From Camelus ferus (Eukaryota), in contig NC_045697.1 in the NCBI RefSeq assembly GCF_009834535.1, positions 85,810,001 to 85,874,000 of the forward strand: a stretch of 64,000 bases of DNA, read 5' to 3'. Within the stretch, counting starts at the first letter, position 1; every line of letters begins with the position of its first letter. Under the pieces are notes generated by a model. The model was not told where the DNA came from. It made no database searches and saw nothing but the letters and a program-made list of their open reading frames with translations. The position numbers were made by a program, and so were the translations under genes. Shown piece after piece: positions 12,367 through 28,984 of this stretch.

Positions 12367-15300
12367 GGCAAAGAAGCAATGTCAGCAAATTGACAGAGGA
12401 GGAAGCCATGGACCTTCCTTTCTCCCACAAACACACCAATTTAGCAACAGTTCATGGGCAGATTTCCTTTGTGAGGAATTCAGGAGAAATCATAAGATTC
12501 CTGCATACTTGGCAAACATGAAACCAGACTGAATTCAGTAGGGAAATTCAGGAAACCCTCTATCCAGAGTTGTTGCCCCTAGTGCAATGTCATATGCTCA
12601 GGATGAGATCCTCTAGGTCCCAGCTTCTGCTAGAGGAGGAAAATCATTGGTTTATGCATCCAGCACTTCAGTTTTACTGAGGGAGCTCCCCCTCAGGGCT
12701 GGATTCTCTCTCGCAGAAACCAAAACAGAGAGTCAAGGAAAATAAAGAATCAGGCAAAGATGTTCCAGATGTACAAGATAAATCTCCAGAAACTGATCCT
12801 AATGAAGCAGAGTTATATGATTTACCTGAAAGAGAATTCAGAATTGCTGTTTTAATTGCTAACCCAGGTCAAGAGAACAATACATGAACAAGTGAAAAAT
12901 TTCCACAATGAAGTAGGGAACATTAAATAGTACCAAATAGAAATCATGGAGCTGAAGATTACAATAACCAAAGTGAAAAATTCACTAGAAAAGTTCATCA
13001 TCAGACTATATCAAGCAGAAGAAAGAATCCATGAAGTCAGAGATTGGTAATTGGAAATCTTCAAAGGGACAAAAAAAAGAAAGAAAGAAAAACAATAAAG
13101 CATAAGAGACTTATGTGACATCATCATGCATACCAATATAAACACTGTGGGATTCCCAGAAAAAGAGAAAAAATCAGAAAGCTTATTCAAATTAATAATG
13201 GCTGGAAACTCCCTAAATCTGGGGAAGGAAATAGATATCCAGACAAGAATCCCAAAAGACAGAAATAAGACACCAAAGAAACCCACACTGAGAGACATTA
13301 TAATCAAGTTGTCAAAAGCCAAACAAAGAGACAACTTTGAAAGCAGTAAGAGAAAAGAGACTTGTCACATATAAGGGAATCCCCTCCCCATAAAACCATC
13401 ACTGAATTTTTTAGCAGAAACTTTGCAGGCCCTGAAGAGAGTGGAATGATATATTCAAAGTGCTAAAAGAAAAAAGTGCTAGCCAAGAATGCTATAACCA
13501 GCAAAACTATCCTTCAAAAATGAAAGAGATAAAGGCTTTCCCAGACAAATAAAAGCTGAAGGGGTTCATCACTACTAGATCTATTTTATAAGAAATGTTA
13601 AAGAGAATTTTTTAAGATGAAATGAAGAGACACTAAACACATATTATGGCATAAGAAACTATGAAACTCATTGGTAAAGGTAAAATGTATAGACAAATAC
13701 AAAATACTATATTACTGTAATGGTAGTGGTAAATCACTTAACTCTAGTATATAAGGTAGAAGACAAAAGTATTAAAAATAACTACAAAAATGTTAAAAGA
13801 TTTACATATGAAAAGATGTAAATTGTGATAATAGTAAAGCGGGAGGGAGGAGTTAAAATACAGTTTTTTAATGTAATTAAACTTGTTATCAGCTTAAAAT
13901 AGAATGTTATAACTGAAATATTTTGTGCAAGCCCCATGATACCTGTGGCAGTTACACAAACCAAAAAAGAATCAAAGCATCATACAAAAAAATCAGCAAT
14001 CATAAAGGAAGACAGCAAAAGAGAAAAAGATAGGAAAAATGCTATGAAATTAACAAAACAATTAACAAAATGGCAACAGTAAATCCTTTCTAGCAATAAT
14101 TACTTTAAATGTAAATGGATTAAAATCCTCAACCAAAAGGCAGAGAGTGGCTGATTGGATTTTTTTTTTAAGACCCAGCTATATGTCATTAACAAGAAAC
14201 TCACTTTAGATTTAAGGACACATATAGGCTGAAAGTGAAGGGATAGGAAAAAAGATATTCTAAGTAAATAGTAACAGAAAGACAGTAATTGTGGCTCTAC
14301 TTATGTCAGACAAAATGAGTCTGAACTTAGGCTCAGACTGTCAAAAATTGCCACAAGAAGCAAACAAAGACATTCTATAATGATAACAGGGCCAATCCTA
14401 GGAAGCTGTAATGATTAAAATACATATGCAACCAACATCTGAGCATTTAAATATATAAAGCAAACACTGACAGAACTGAAGGGAGGAATAGACAGCATTA
14501 AGAGTAAGAGATTTCAATATCCCACTTTCAGTAATAGATAAAACATCCAGACAGAAGATCAACAAGGAAACAGAAGACCTGAACAACACTATAGACTACT
14601 CGACTCAACAGACATACATGGAACATTACACCCAACAGTAGCAGAATATACATTCTTCTCAAGTGTATATAGATCTTTCAGCAGAATAGATAATAAGTTG
14701 GATCCAAAACACATCTTAACAAATTTAAGAAGACTGAAATCATATCAAGTAACTCTTTTGACTGCAGTAGATAAAACTAGAAATTAATAACTTTCCTTTC
14801 CAGAAGGAAAACTGGAAAATTCACAAATACGTGGAAATTAAATGACACTATTTTAAATAAACATGAAGTCAGAGAAGAAATCAAGAAAATTAGAAAATAT
14901 CTCAAGACAAACTAAAAGGAAAACCCAATATACAAAAACTTTTGTGACAGAGCAAATTACATGCCAACAAACCAGATAACCAGAAGAAACCCAGACAAAT
15001 TACTAGAAACATAACCTTCCTACACTAAATTATGAAGAAATAGAAAATCTAAACAGACCTATTACTAACATAGAGATTGGATCAGTAATCACCAACTTCC
15101 AAACAAGGAAAAACCAGAACCAGATGATTTCACTGTTAATTTTGACCAAACATTTAAAGATGAATTAATACCAATCATTTTCAAGCTCTTCTTAAAAACT
15201 GAAGAGGACAGAGCACTTCCAAAACCATTTTATGAGGCCCACATTATGCTGATAACAAAGTCAGACAAAGAAACCACCAGAGAAGAAAAATACATCCCAA

Positions 15301-16109
15301 TATTCTTGATGAACATAGATGTAAAAATCCTTAACAAAATACTAACAAATTGAGTCCAACAATACATTAAAAGGATCATATACCAAGACCAGGTGGAATT
15401 ATCCCTGGGATACAAGGATGGTTCAACACATGAAAATCAGTTAATGTGATATATCACGTTGACAGAATAAAGGACTAAAATCACACAATCATCTCAATAG
15501 ATGGGGGAAAAAAGCATTTGACAAAGTTCAACATCCTTTAAAAACTCTCAGAAAACTAGAAATAGAAGGTAAGTACCTCAACAAAATAAAGGACATATAT
15601 GAAAGTCCGATAGGTAACATCATATCTAATAGGAAAACTGAGAGCTTTTCCTCTAAGATTAGAAACAAGGCAACTATGCCTACTCTCACAACTTCTACTC
15701 AGCATAGTACTCAAAGTCCTAACCATAACAAGTAGGTTAGGAAAAGCAATAAAAAGCACCCAAATCAGAAAGAAAGAAATAAAATTGTCTGTCTGCAGAT
15801 GAAATTATCTTGTATGTAGAAAACCCTAAAGACTACACACACACACACTACCTCTTAGAATTAACAAATGAATTCAGTAAATTTGAAGGACACAAAATCA
15901 ATGTACAAAAACTGGTTACTTTTCTACATAACAGCAATAAAGGGCTATCTGAAAAAGAAATTCTAGTGAAGCAAGATGAGTAACCTCTAGAGATCTGCTG
16001 CACAGCACTGTACCTACAGCCAAAATAATGTATTATACATTTAAAACTTTGCTAAGAGGATAGATCTCATACTAAGTATTCTTTTAACAATAAAAAAAAA
16101 TTTTAAACT
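12367..16109 (+). mobile_element. Older L1 (L1MA/L1M2-like) retaining 5' and 3' ends, with several internal deletions
   Basis: 5' UTR-like start, ORF1 remnants (13126-13374, TNINTVGFPE, PTLRDIIIKL), ORF2 EN/RT remnants and L1MA-type 3' end with poly-A; degenerate TSD gagaatggct (12357-12366) and gagactggct (16110-16119). Confidence 0.85.
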
Positions 16110-16542
16110 GAGACTGGCTAGAGAAAATAATTGTTAGATACACTTAAGAAGGTCACAGAAAGGCCTCTTTGCAGAGCTGTTTGACCTGTGTGAGATCTGA
16201 ATAAGAAAAGTCAGCCAAGCAAATGCCTGAGCACAGAGATTCAAGACAAAGACCCAAAGATTAAAAAAAAACAACAACAACATGTTTAAAGATTAAAAAA
16301 AAAAAAACAGAAAAAAAGATATTTTCACTTAATAGCAGCTAAATTATTCAGGAGCACTGTGCTCAAGGAGAGTGATAGGAGATAAAGTCAGAGTGATAAG
16401 TGGGAGCTGAATTGTGAGCACCTCCTGGGTTATCTTCAGACTTTAGATCTTGTTCTAACAACAATGAAAAGCTATTAAAGTATTTTCACAGGAGGATCTG
16501 ATAATCTGCTTTGCACTTTAAAACATGACTCTGGCTGTTATA

Positions 16543-16565
16543 TGAGAGAGAGAGAAAGAGAGAGA

Positions 16566-16590
<25 letters not shown>
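16543..16590. repeat. Compound (GA)n(GT)n microsatellite
   Basis: Seen directly. Confidence 0.95.
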
Positions 16591-16596
<6 letters not shown>

Positions 16597-16704
16597 GAAG
16601 AGGGTAGCTAATAAGAACAAAGCAGAGGGAGCTGATAAGAGCTACTGCAGCAGACCATGTATTACTGTCATCAACAGGCTGAGTGCAGTATGTCAGAAGT
16701 AGTA

Positions 16705-16939
16705 CAGCTGACTCTTGAACAAAGTAGGGGTTAGGGGTGCCAACCCTCCATACAGTCAAAATTTGCATATAATTTATAATTAACCCTCCTTATACATAGT
16801 TCCTCTACATTCACGGTTCTGCAGCTGCTGATTCAATCAACAGCTGGTCATGTAGTTCTATAGTATTTACTACTGAAAAAATTTGTGTGTAAGTGGATCT
16901 ACACAGTTCAAACCAGTGTTGTTGTTCAAGAGTCAACTG
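16705..16939. mobile_element. Tigger2-derived MITE (TcMar-Tigger)
   Basis: TIRs cagctgactcttgaacaa and ttgttcaagagtcaactg; preceded by TA. Confidence 0.9.
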
Positions 16940-16992
16940 TGGTTATATTCAAGATATGTTTTTGAATTAGGACTCAGGATATGTAGACAGGT

Positions 16993-17511
16993 TATGTGAT
17001 AAATTAGCTGCCACAAGTTTCTTCCATCCCAACATACATGACCTTTTGCAAGGTGAATTTCTTCTCCTCACATCCAGAGATGGAATCTATCCACCTTCTT
17101 GAACCTAGGCTGCTTTATGACTCGCTTTGACCAATAAGGCGAGGAAGAAGTGTGCAAATCTTAAAGCTAGGCCTTAAGAGATACTGAAGCTTCAGGTTTT
17201 ACTCTCTTTAAATGTTCTCATGAGACCATTTTAGAAGAAAGCCTATTTAGTTTATTATTATATGAAGAGTCATGTGGAAGAGAGCCAAATACTCCGACAG
17301 CCAGCATCAACTGCCAGACATGTACTGAATAAAGTCTTCTTAGTCCTTGCAGTCCAGCCAGCTTGTCAGCTGAGTGAACCACATAAGTGAGCAGAGATGA
17401 AACTGGCAGAACTTCCCAACTAACCCATAAAATCGTGAGGAATAATAAACTGCTGTTTTTTTTAATGCCACTCTGATGAAGTTTATTACGTAGCAGTATG
17501 TAGCTGGAACA
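16993..17511 (+). mobile_element. MaLR LTR (MLT1G/H-like)
   Basis: gactcgctttgaccaata, cagccagcatcaactgccagacatg and terminal gtagcagtatgtagctggaaca. Confidence 0.75.
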
Positions 17512-18504
17512 TGGTATCTGGAGTGTGAAGATCATACAGGAATTATGGATAGGTCCTACATTCTCAGCTTCAACGATTAGTTAAAAAATAATTTAACTGA
17601 CTGAACCGGGGAATACTGAGGAAAGAAGGGTTTAGAGGTGGAAAATTACAAGTTCTGTTCTGGCTGTTTTGAATTTGGAAATGTCTGTTAGCCATGCATT
17701 TGGAGTTAAGTTGGAGGAGTCAATAATTTTGAAAGCCATCAACATATAAATAGCATTAAAAGCCACAGGAATAAAAGACCCACTTAAGAGAAGAGTGTGG
17801 ATGATAAGGAATAGAACTAGGACTCTGGGATGCTCTAACTTTTAAAGGTTGAGCTGAAAAGGAAGAACTGAAAAGAGTAACAAAAAAGACAGAGAAGAAT
17901 CATCTAGTGAGGAAGGAGAAAATCCAGAAAGAAAATGGTTCCACAGAAGCAAACAGAGTGTTTTAAGATGAGCATGATCAAATGCTGCTAGGAGGCAGCT
18001 GAGTTACCGCTGGATGTATCAACACGGCAGTCCTTAGAAACTATGAGCACCTTCAGTGGAATGGAGACTGCCCTACAGACCACTCTTATTGGAGGCACTA
18101 CCTTGCAGGGGAACACAGAAATGCCTCAGGAGCTTGAGGAAGCCAGGGAGCCATTAAGTCAAGGAAGTTTGGTTTGTTTGTTTGGTTTATTGCCTTACTT
18201 TTAAACCCTCCTAACCTCAAGTAATGTCATGGAATCATAAAGCCAGAAAGTATCACACATTCCCTCTCAATTTACATATTAGGAAACTAAAGATAAACAG
18301 AGAAGGCAATTACTCTATCTGTAATCACACAATGAGCTATAAGCTGAACACTGATTGACTACACAGAACACTTTTTTTTTAATTTGAATATGGACTAGAT
18401 ACTAGGTGATATCATGAAACTACTGTTAAAATTTAAATGTACTAATTGTCCAGTAGTTATCTAGGAGAAATTCTTATTTTTTTTAAGAAAATGTATTAAG
18501 AAAA

Positions 18505-21645
<3,141 letters not shown>

Positions 21646-21872
21646 TAGATTTATAATTTTCTGGTTAGATTTTATGACTAACAATTGTTCATTAAAGAAT
21701 GATTGATTCTGCAATGGAATCTTTTCTGAGAAATATCAATTTCAGTTAATTATCTACAGTCAATAGATTATACACTTAAAGAAGCACAGTGCTACCCAAT
21801 CAACACCTAACAGAGTCCTGCAAATGCGTCTTTAATCCTGCCTATGACGTATGCCCCTTTCCACTAAAAGTA

Positions 21873-22086
21873 CAGTTGACCCTTGAACAACATAGGGGTT
21901 GGGATGCCAACATCCCAAGCAATCAAAAATCTGAGAGTAACTTTACAGTTGGTCCTCCATGTCAGTTCTACATCTCCAGTTCAACCAACTGCCAATTTTG
22001 TAGTACTATACTATGTATTTATTTTTTAAACTCTGTATATAAGTAGACCCACATATTTCAAATCTGTGTTGTTCAAGGGTCAATTG
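21873..22086. mobile_element. Tigger2-derived MITE
   Basis: TIRs cagttgacccttgaacaaca and tgttgttcaagggtcaattg with TA on both sides; homologous to 16705-16939. Confidence 0.92.
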
Positions 22087-23134
22087 TATTTTACCTATCA
22101 AAACCCTGTTAGAAGAAATAGCTAGCTCTCTCTGGGTAGACAATTTCTAAAGAGACTTGGAACCCAAAATACCAATTAGACACTTCTACTTTCCTTCTAA
22201 ATCTCTGATTGTTGTTAATCTCTGGTGGGAGGATAATGTTAAGAATTTTAAACTTTTGTCTGCAAACAAACCCTAAACATATTTAGTCAAAATAAAAGAT
22301 ATGTTATAAAAGAACAATGTTTCATTCTCTTCTTTATCCATAACCTCGACAAAACAATGTGCTACGTATCACTGTAAGACATACATAACCTAAATATCCA
22401 AATAAATGAGATAATAAATATTCTTATAGCACCCTGTGCTGACAATGTCTTCAGAAAATGGCTCTACCTTTGGTAATATGTGGTAATATGTGGGGCTGTC
22501 ATTTGAAAGAGCCCTGGAAGTAGCCCTGATATGCCTCTAGGGTTTCTGTACTCCAGGGTACTTTGTTTTCATTCCATCACATCTCCACAACAGCTAGGTC
22601 AAACACAGCCAATATCTTTCAGAGATAAATAACCAGGATGTTCAGATATGCCTGACACAAAGAGTAGACAAGTCAAAATCTTCCAAGTGTTCATTACAAA
22701 CCTGGGGTACAAGGCTATAATAAAGGAGCCAATCTCTAATCTTGTCACAATTAATTCATTAATTCAGAAAGCATCTACTAAGAATCTACTCTGTAATAGA
22801 TTCTGAGGTATAACAAGTTCGTAAAGCAGGAAACCATCAGAATAAGCCCTCACAGATTCTGTGCTGTCCATCCCCAGGGAACACTCCTCCAGTGCTTGCA
22901 CCTAGGGTCCTGTGTGTTCTTACTTCCAATGCTGATGTTCAACACAACACATAGCTTCTGTTCAGCTCACCCTCAGCCACCTAAACATTTGTCTCCATAC
23001 AGGCTATTTTTTAAAGTAAACTTTTAATTTTAGATATGCAACCTTTTACTTTTTCATTTTATCTCGTCTACCATAGAACAAAGAAAATCTTACTCAGGTT
23101 ATTTTAAATGTCAGTTCTTTTTTTCAGGAATCAA

Positions 23135-23362
23135 CATGGTGTAGAAAGACCATGGACTTCAGAGACTAATAACAAACTGGAGTGTGTAATGCCAGCTCTT
23201 CCTTTCTGACTGACTTAAAGCAAGTAACTTAACTTCTCAGAGCCTCAATGTCCTCTTCTAATTAATAGAGTAATAATATCTGTCTCATGGGATTTGTGTG
23301 ATTAAATTAAATAATACATGTAAAGAATCCTGCACATCACAAGTGTTCAATTAAGATTAGTT
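23135..23362 (+). mobile_element. MIR SINE
   Basis: Core gcaagtaacttaacttctcagagcctcaatgtcctcttc...taataatatctgtctcatggg. Confidence 0.8.
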
Positions 23363-24759
23363 TCATTCTATCTGTTTTCAGACGCGGCGTTCTCACAGTT
23401 TTGCCAGGTAAACACCAGCTACAGCAATTATTATATAGCTTAACTTAGCTACCTTAGAAATAACTTCCAAAGCTTCCTTTTTGTATGCTGGGAGAGTTGC
23501 TTGCTTTTATATTTTCTCAGTGGATCTCTTGGTAGCTGTGGACTAGAGAGAGTTCTTGAGTATACTGGGTTTGCCCTGCAGCCCTTTTTTTTTTCTCCCC
23601 TAGAGAAACTCAGACAAAGACTGGGATGGTAATTTTGAAATCTTTGATCATCTACCATGTGCCAGAAGTCACTAATGTGTGTGGCCCATGTCTTTGCCCC
23701 TTGGTTTGTGCCTCAAAGTAGGGAGGAGAGTGAAGTACTTTGATAAAAGCCTTTCAAATGTATGTTAAAGTTTCTGATCTTTATATAAATCCCTGTGTAG
23801 GAGAGTAGCCAGATCAAAGCCTCATCAATAAAGACAGTTTTTAGTATCCCAGATGAAGCAGGCAGTCCAGAAAGAGGTGGCATTAGTTCCAGTGAGGGCT
23901 GTCGTAAGTTCAATTTAATTAAGGCTCTTGTTTTGAGGAGGGGACATGGTGCAGTTGCGATCACAAGAGTGTTTAGCTATACATACATATACTTCAATAA
24001 AAAAGAAAAAAAGACAATAAAATATACATAGTGAAAAAAGAGCATTTAGCAACAGATTAAATGCACTGATCAAAGAGCACCAACTGGTAAGGCTATTTCT
24101 TGATTCAAGAAGTCATTTATTTGTTGACCTTACCCTTCAGATGATATAGTGTGGAAGAAAGAGTAGCAGAAATCCCTTCTCCTTGCTTATTTTTATTTTT
24201 AATGGTGATAACACATTTGCTTTAAACATGTGAAATATAAGATCTTGTCATGCGGGTCATGACTAGAGTTAAAATGCAGGAGTAGATAAATATATCGTGT
24301 GTCCCCTGCTCATAGAATGTGGTTTGTTTCATCAAGCACTTACTGTGACTCAGGATTGTACAATCAAGAAAGGGCCTGGAGATGGTGATGGAGCCTTCAA
24401 AGTGGAGAAAGGATACCCAGTTCTGAAGGAGACATGGTAAGACAGGCCAGGAGAGGAGTGTGCACTCAATCCCAAAGTTGGAAAGGCTCTTCCATGGAGT
24501 AATTATGGTTTTCAATCTTTCCAACTAGGAAGAGGAGATTCTCCATTTGCTCCCTTCTGCTTAATGGACCCACAGAAGGAAGATTAAAGTGGCCTTTGCT
24601 AAGCTCTGGCTCTTGTGACAAAACCCCGTGTCTTCCTTCTAGGTTTCCCTCTTTTTGTCTGTATTTATCTTTCTTTTTTTACATGATGCTTCTATATGAT
24701 ACAAAACAAACTGAAATCATACACAATTACTAATTCATCATTCTGAACAATTTTCCAGT

Positions 24760-25135
24760 AGAGAATTGTTTCAAAATCAAGAAGTGTCCCACACTCCTAG
24801 GAAAAGACTGGTTGTTCTTTAGCCATGTTAATAACCAGCTAAGGTAGTTCACCTGTCTAATCAATTAACAACTTGCTTCAGTGAACATGCCCCTGAAAGC
24901 CAACCAACCAGTGACACCCCTGCACTTTGAAAACCAACTAGTCAGCAGCCAACTTACTCTAGGAAACATGCTTCTAGGTGAGTTCAACATACTGTCAACA
25001 CAATACAATCTCTTGTGGAAGCAACACAACCAGGTCTGTTGCGCTGAGATGAACCCACTCCTACCCCTGAAACCAATACATACTAAACAGACTCTTCCCC
25101 AAACCCTATATAAAACCAGTACTTTGCTTTGCTTA
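24760..25135 (+). mobile_element. Possible old LTR fragment
   Basis: Repeated ccaac/ccaat boxes followed by ctatataaaa at about 25106, resembling a U3 layout; family not recognised. Confidence 0.3.
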
Positions 25136-25564
25136 ATGTACTTTTTCCTGTTTGTACAGTTCTTCTTTAAGCACTAAATTCAGTTTTGGTTTTCATTTCA
25201 AGTTTTGAGTGGTGGCCTCACCTGCTAATGATCTTCATTTGAATGTTCACAGTGATGCTTCTGTTATGACACCTAGAGCCTTTGAAAGAGTGTTACATTT
25301 GATTGTGGAATTGACTATGCTGTTAATTTGCTGTATGATATTAGAGGGATCTCTTTCTCCTACAAGAACCTGTTTCTTCATCTGTAAAATAAGGGGATCA
25401 ACTAGATGACCCTCCTATTCCTTTAATCTAAATACTGCATGATTCTGCTTCTTGGAGAGCCCAATACGACTTGATTATTTTTCTCTATTCCTACATGTTT
25501 AAAAAGGCTGATTTTCAAAACTTTAACATCAATGTATATTAACAATTGACGTCTCAAAGCAGCA

Positions 25565-25800
25565 GTAATTAAACATATCGAGTACTTATGTGTCAAACAT
25601 CGTTCTAATTAAATATTTAATATCTCTTAATTCATTTGATTACCATAAAAACCCCATCAAGGAACTATTATTATCATTCCCACTTTATATGTGAAGAAGT
25701 GAAGGCACAGACAAGTTAAGAAGCTTGCCCCAAAAGCACACAGGTAAAAAAAATAACTGGTGAAGCCAGGATTCAAGCCAGGCTGTCTTGATTCAGAGCC
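25565..25800 (-). mobile_element. MIR SINE
   Basis: actattattatcattcccactttatatgtgaagaagtgaaggcacagacaagttaagaagcttgccc is the antisense MIR core. Confidence 0.8.
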
Positions 25801-27111
25801 AGATTTTGGTTAAAACAAACTAAAGTATAGAAATAGAGAATGGTGCTTAACTATAGCCCATAACAATATAGACTTTTATTTTAGAATTTTTTTCTGTTGA
25901 ACATTTTTATCTGTTGTTCCCAGCTCTCTTCCTGAAAAATCAATCTAGTTATGTACATTACTATTATACATTCATGAGGTTTACTATTCTGTGTAATCTA
26001 TTTTCAACTTTTAAATATTTGAATAATTTAATAATACTTAAGACCCTGTAAATATTTGAATACTTTAATATATGCATACTTAATTCAAGACTCATTCTGT
26101 GGGGGTGTGTGCATATATATATGTAAAATGCCAGATTGTGAGATACATTCCAATTTTAAGGATGTTAAAATATATTTTAAATCCATATATACATTATATA
26201 TATATATAGCTATACATATGTATAATTACATTGCCTCTAAATCTAAGTGCAAAAAAAGAACTTAAAGAAGACATTAGTATCTCTAAATTCCTTTCTCCAA
26301 ACCCTCAAGCAATAATTTAACATGTAATGCAATTTCATTTTACTTTTGAGTTGTTCTATGCTACAGAAACGTAAAGTGTATTTACTTTGCTTTTAATAAA
26401 TGGCACTGGTAACACAGAAAAAGGTCAGCTCTGTCCAATAAAATCTCAAATCATGTCCAGAATACTCTTCTCCTAGCCTGCACCATTTTTCAATCAAAAG
26501 GGATTTTTGAAAATAGAACCAGAAGTTTAATAAGATCAGAACATTCTGGCCCCACTCCTACCCTAGACTTACTTATGTTTTTCGCTTGCTGCCTCCACTA
26601 TTTCAGAAATATCTTTTAGTGAACTTACTAACAAATTTCTTTAAATAAATTATGTAACAGGGCAGTGCTATTCATAGAAAAATTACTGTTCATTCATCTA
26701 TAGAAGGGGAAATTAAACACTCTGGTTCAATAACTGAGATTTTGTTTATCTCTTCGTAACTACTCTCAATCACCTGTATGTATTCTTTTAAATTCCAAAC
26801 AAGGCTGCTACCTAGTACTGTCCCAGCCGGTTCTTTCTCTGTGGCCTAAGAAAGGCCAACTGAATTTAGTATTACCCTAAGCAAACAATGAGCACAGGTA
26901 AATACATAATATGCATTCCAAGACCAAATAGAAATTATAGTCTAGTGGACTTTGTGAAACTTAACAGGACATGCCTGTGCAAAATGTATATCAAACGATT
27001 TCTTTGTCTTAATTACATATTTTAAAACACTGAGGCTTGCACACAAAGACCAGGTTTGTACCTAACAGAACACCTCTGGGTTTCTGAGTGAAACTCAGTC
27101 CAAATGAAGTA

Positions 27112-27214
27112 GCATACTTCATTGAATTTAAAATGCCACGGATTGTGAGATACATTCCAACTTTAAGGATGTTAAAATATATTTTAAATCCATATTAAAT
27201 TGGATAAAATATGG
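27112..27214. mobile_element. Short TcMar MITE (MER104-like)
   Basis: Imperfect TIRs gcatacttcattgaatttaa and ttaaattggataaaatatgg flanked by TA. Confidence 0.6.
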
Positions 27215-27401
27215 TATTTAAGATTTTTTTTTAAATGTGGATCTTTCAGAGGGCTAGGACAAGTGCCAAACTTACAAGATATTTTTATCAGGTGGATCAC
27301 TATAAATAAATAAGCCTTAATAATACATAGTTTACTTTTACATGCTTTTGAATTTTGCATAAAATTTTGTATGAAATTCTGTATAAATTTTGTACAGACT
27401 C

Positions 27402-27705
27402 TTGCAGTGGGCAACTTCTGACATGGTCCCAATGGTCCCCACCTATTGATAATTCACATCCTTGTGAAATCCCTTCCCCATGAAAGCGGATTGAACCTAA
27501 TGACTTACTTCTAAAGAACACAATACAGCAATAGTGATGGGATGTCACTTCCTTGATAAGGTTATGAAAGACTGACTTCCAACTGGCTAATTCCTCTCCT
27601 GCTGGCATTTTCTGTTGCCTTCTTGCTTGCTCTAATAAAGCAAGCTGCCACATTATTAGATGCTCTGTAGAGAGAATCACTTGAGAGCAAAAGCTTAGTG
27701 GAGTG
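27402..27705 (+). mobile_element. MaLR LTR 5' part (MLT1E/F-like)
   Basis: tg..gtgggcaacttctgacatggtccc...gtgatgggatgtcacttcc...aagcaagctgccac. Confidence 0.7.
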
Positions 27706-27860
27706 TAAAGATTCTGGATCCTTGAGCCACCAGACTCCAACTCAGTGTCTCCATTCTAATCACTGTTTCCTCTCTTTCTGTATCAATGTTCTAACTCTTA
27801 CATAAAGAGTCCTGACAAGCCAGTGATTCAGCAGCACTCGAGATCAGATTCATGTCTGGT

Positions 27861-27861
27861 T

Positions 27862-27924
<63 letters not shown>
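27861..27924. repeat. (TG)n microsatellite
   Basis: Seen directly. Confidence 0.97.
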
Positions 27925-27927
<3 letters not shown>

Positions 27928-28416
27928 GGATATACCAGTCCTACAGCTACAAAAGATAAGAGTTTTTAAGTCAATCATTGTACCCTGGTCCTCTAACTAT
28001 CTCATCAGTGAAGAATTTAAAACTCTTACCCTATCTTAAGTGCTGTCAGAAGTATCCAGCCCATCTCATAGTTTCGTATTCTTTATTCCTTTTAAAATAC
28101 AACCAACAGCCAGTTGGTTTGCCAAAGTCTTGCATTCCAGGTGGCCACACATAAGAATTAAAGTAAATGTCTGGCATTGTCAGTCATTTTTTCTGCTATC
28201 CTATTTCCAAGGTCATCACTGCTTTCAAGCCCAGTCAGGCCAGCTAAGCAACCCAGCCATGCTGGCACCCTGATCTCAGACTTCCAGCCTCCAGAACTGT
28301 GAGAAATAAATATCTGTTGTTTATAAGCCACCTAGTCTACTTTGTTATAACAGCCCACAACTTACTAAGAAAGAACAAAATTCTCATTTCTTGAGAATAA
28401 CATTATCCCATATATT

Positions 28417-28690
28417 AGTGCTTCTCAACTGGTAAGAATCAGTTTTTTTCTGACCTGTCTCAGACCGATATCCTTATAAAATACAACAGAAATAAATCTC
28501 TAGAGGAAGAAAAATAAAGACATACAAAATACAAATCAAATGTCTTGTTAGATTCAGCAAATATATAATTACTCTATCAAATTACTACAAAATTTTCTAA
28601 CCTCTTAGACTCAATTTCTTATCTCATTGTACACCAGTAACAAACAGTTCGGGAACTGGCACTGGCTTATGGAACACACACTGAATAATA
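28417..28690. mobile_element. hAT-Charlie-like non-autonomous DNA element
   Basis: Starts tagtgcttctcaact and ends ggcactggcttatggaacacacactgaata, resembling Charlie termini. Confidence 0.45.
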
Positions 28691-28984
28691 CATAGAAAAA
28701 AATTTAAATCCATGCCAAATTCTTAGAATAGGAGGATTTAGCAACATAGCAAACTTTAAAATCAGTATACAAAATTAATTACATTCATATATACTGTCAA
28801 CAAAAAGTAACATATCTACAAATATGATAGTTATTAGAGAAAATTTGGAATATTTATTGAAATATATTAAAGGAAAACTAAATAAAGACAAATTTATTGA
28901 TAGAAATAATGTATTTTATTTTAGTGTTAATCCTTTGCCAATTGATTTATAAATTCAAATGGAAAACTGCTCTTTCATTCCAGG

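Larger units (their letters stand above)
16110..18170 (-). mobile_element. LINE-2 continuing from about 12150-12366, split by later insertions
   Basis: Antisense L2 motifs (agaaaggcctct, tgagatctgaa, agttctgttctggctgttttgaatttggaaatgtct, atcaaatgctgct) resume on each side of nested elements. Confidence 0.65.
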
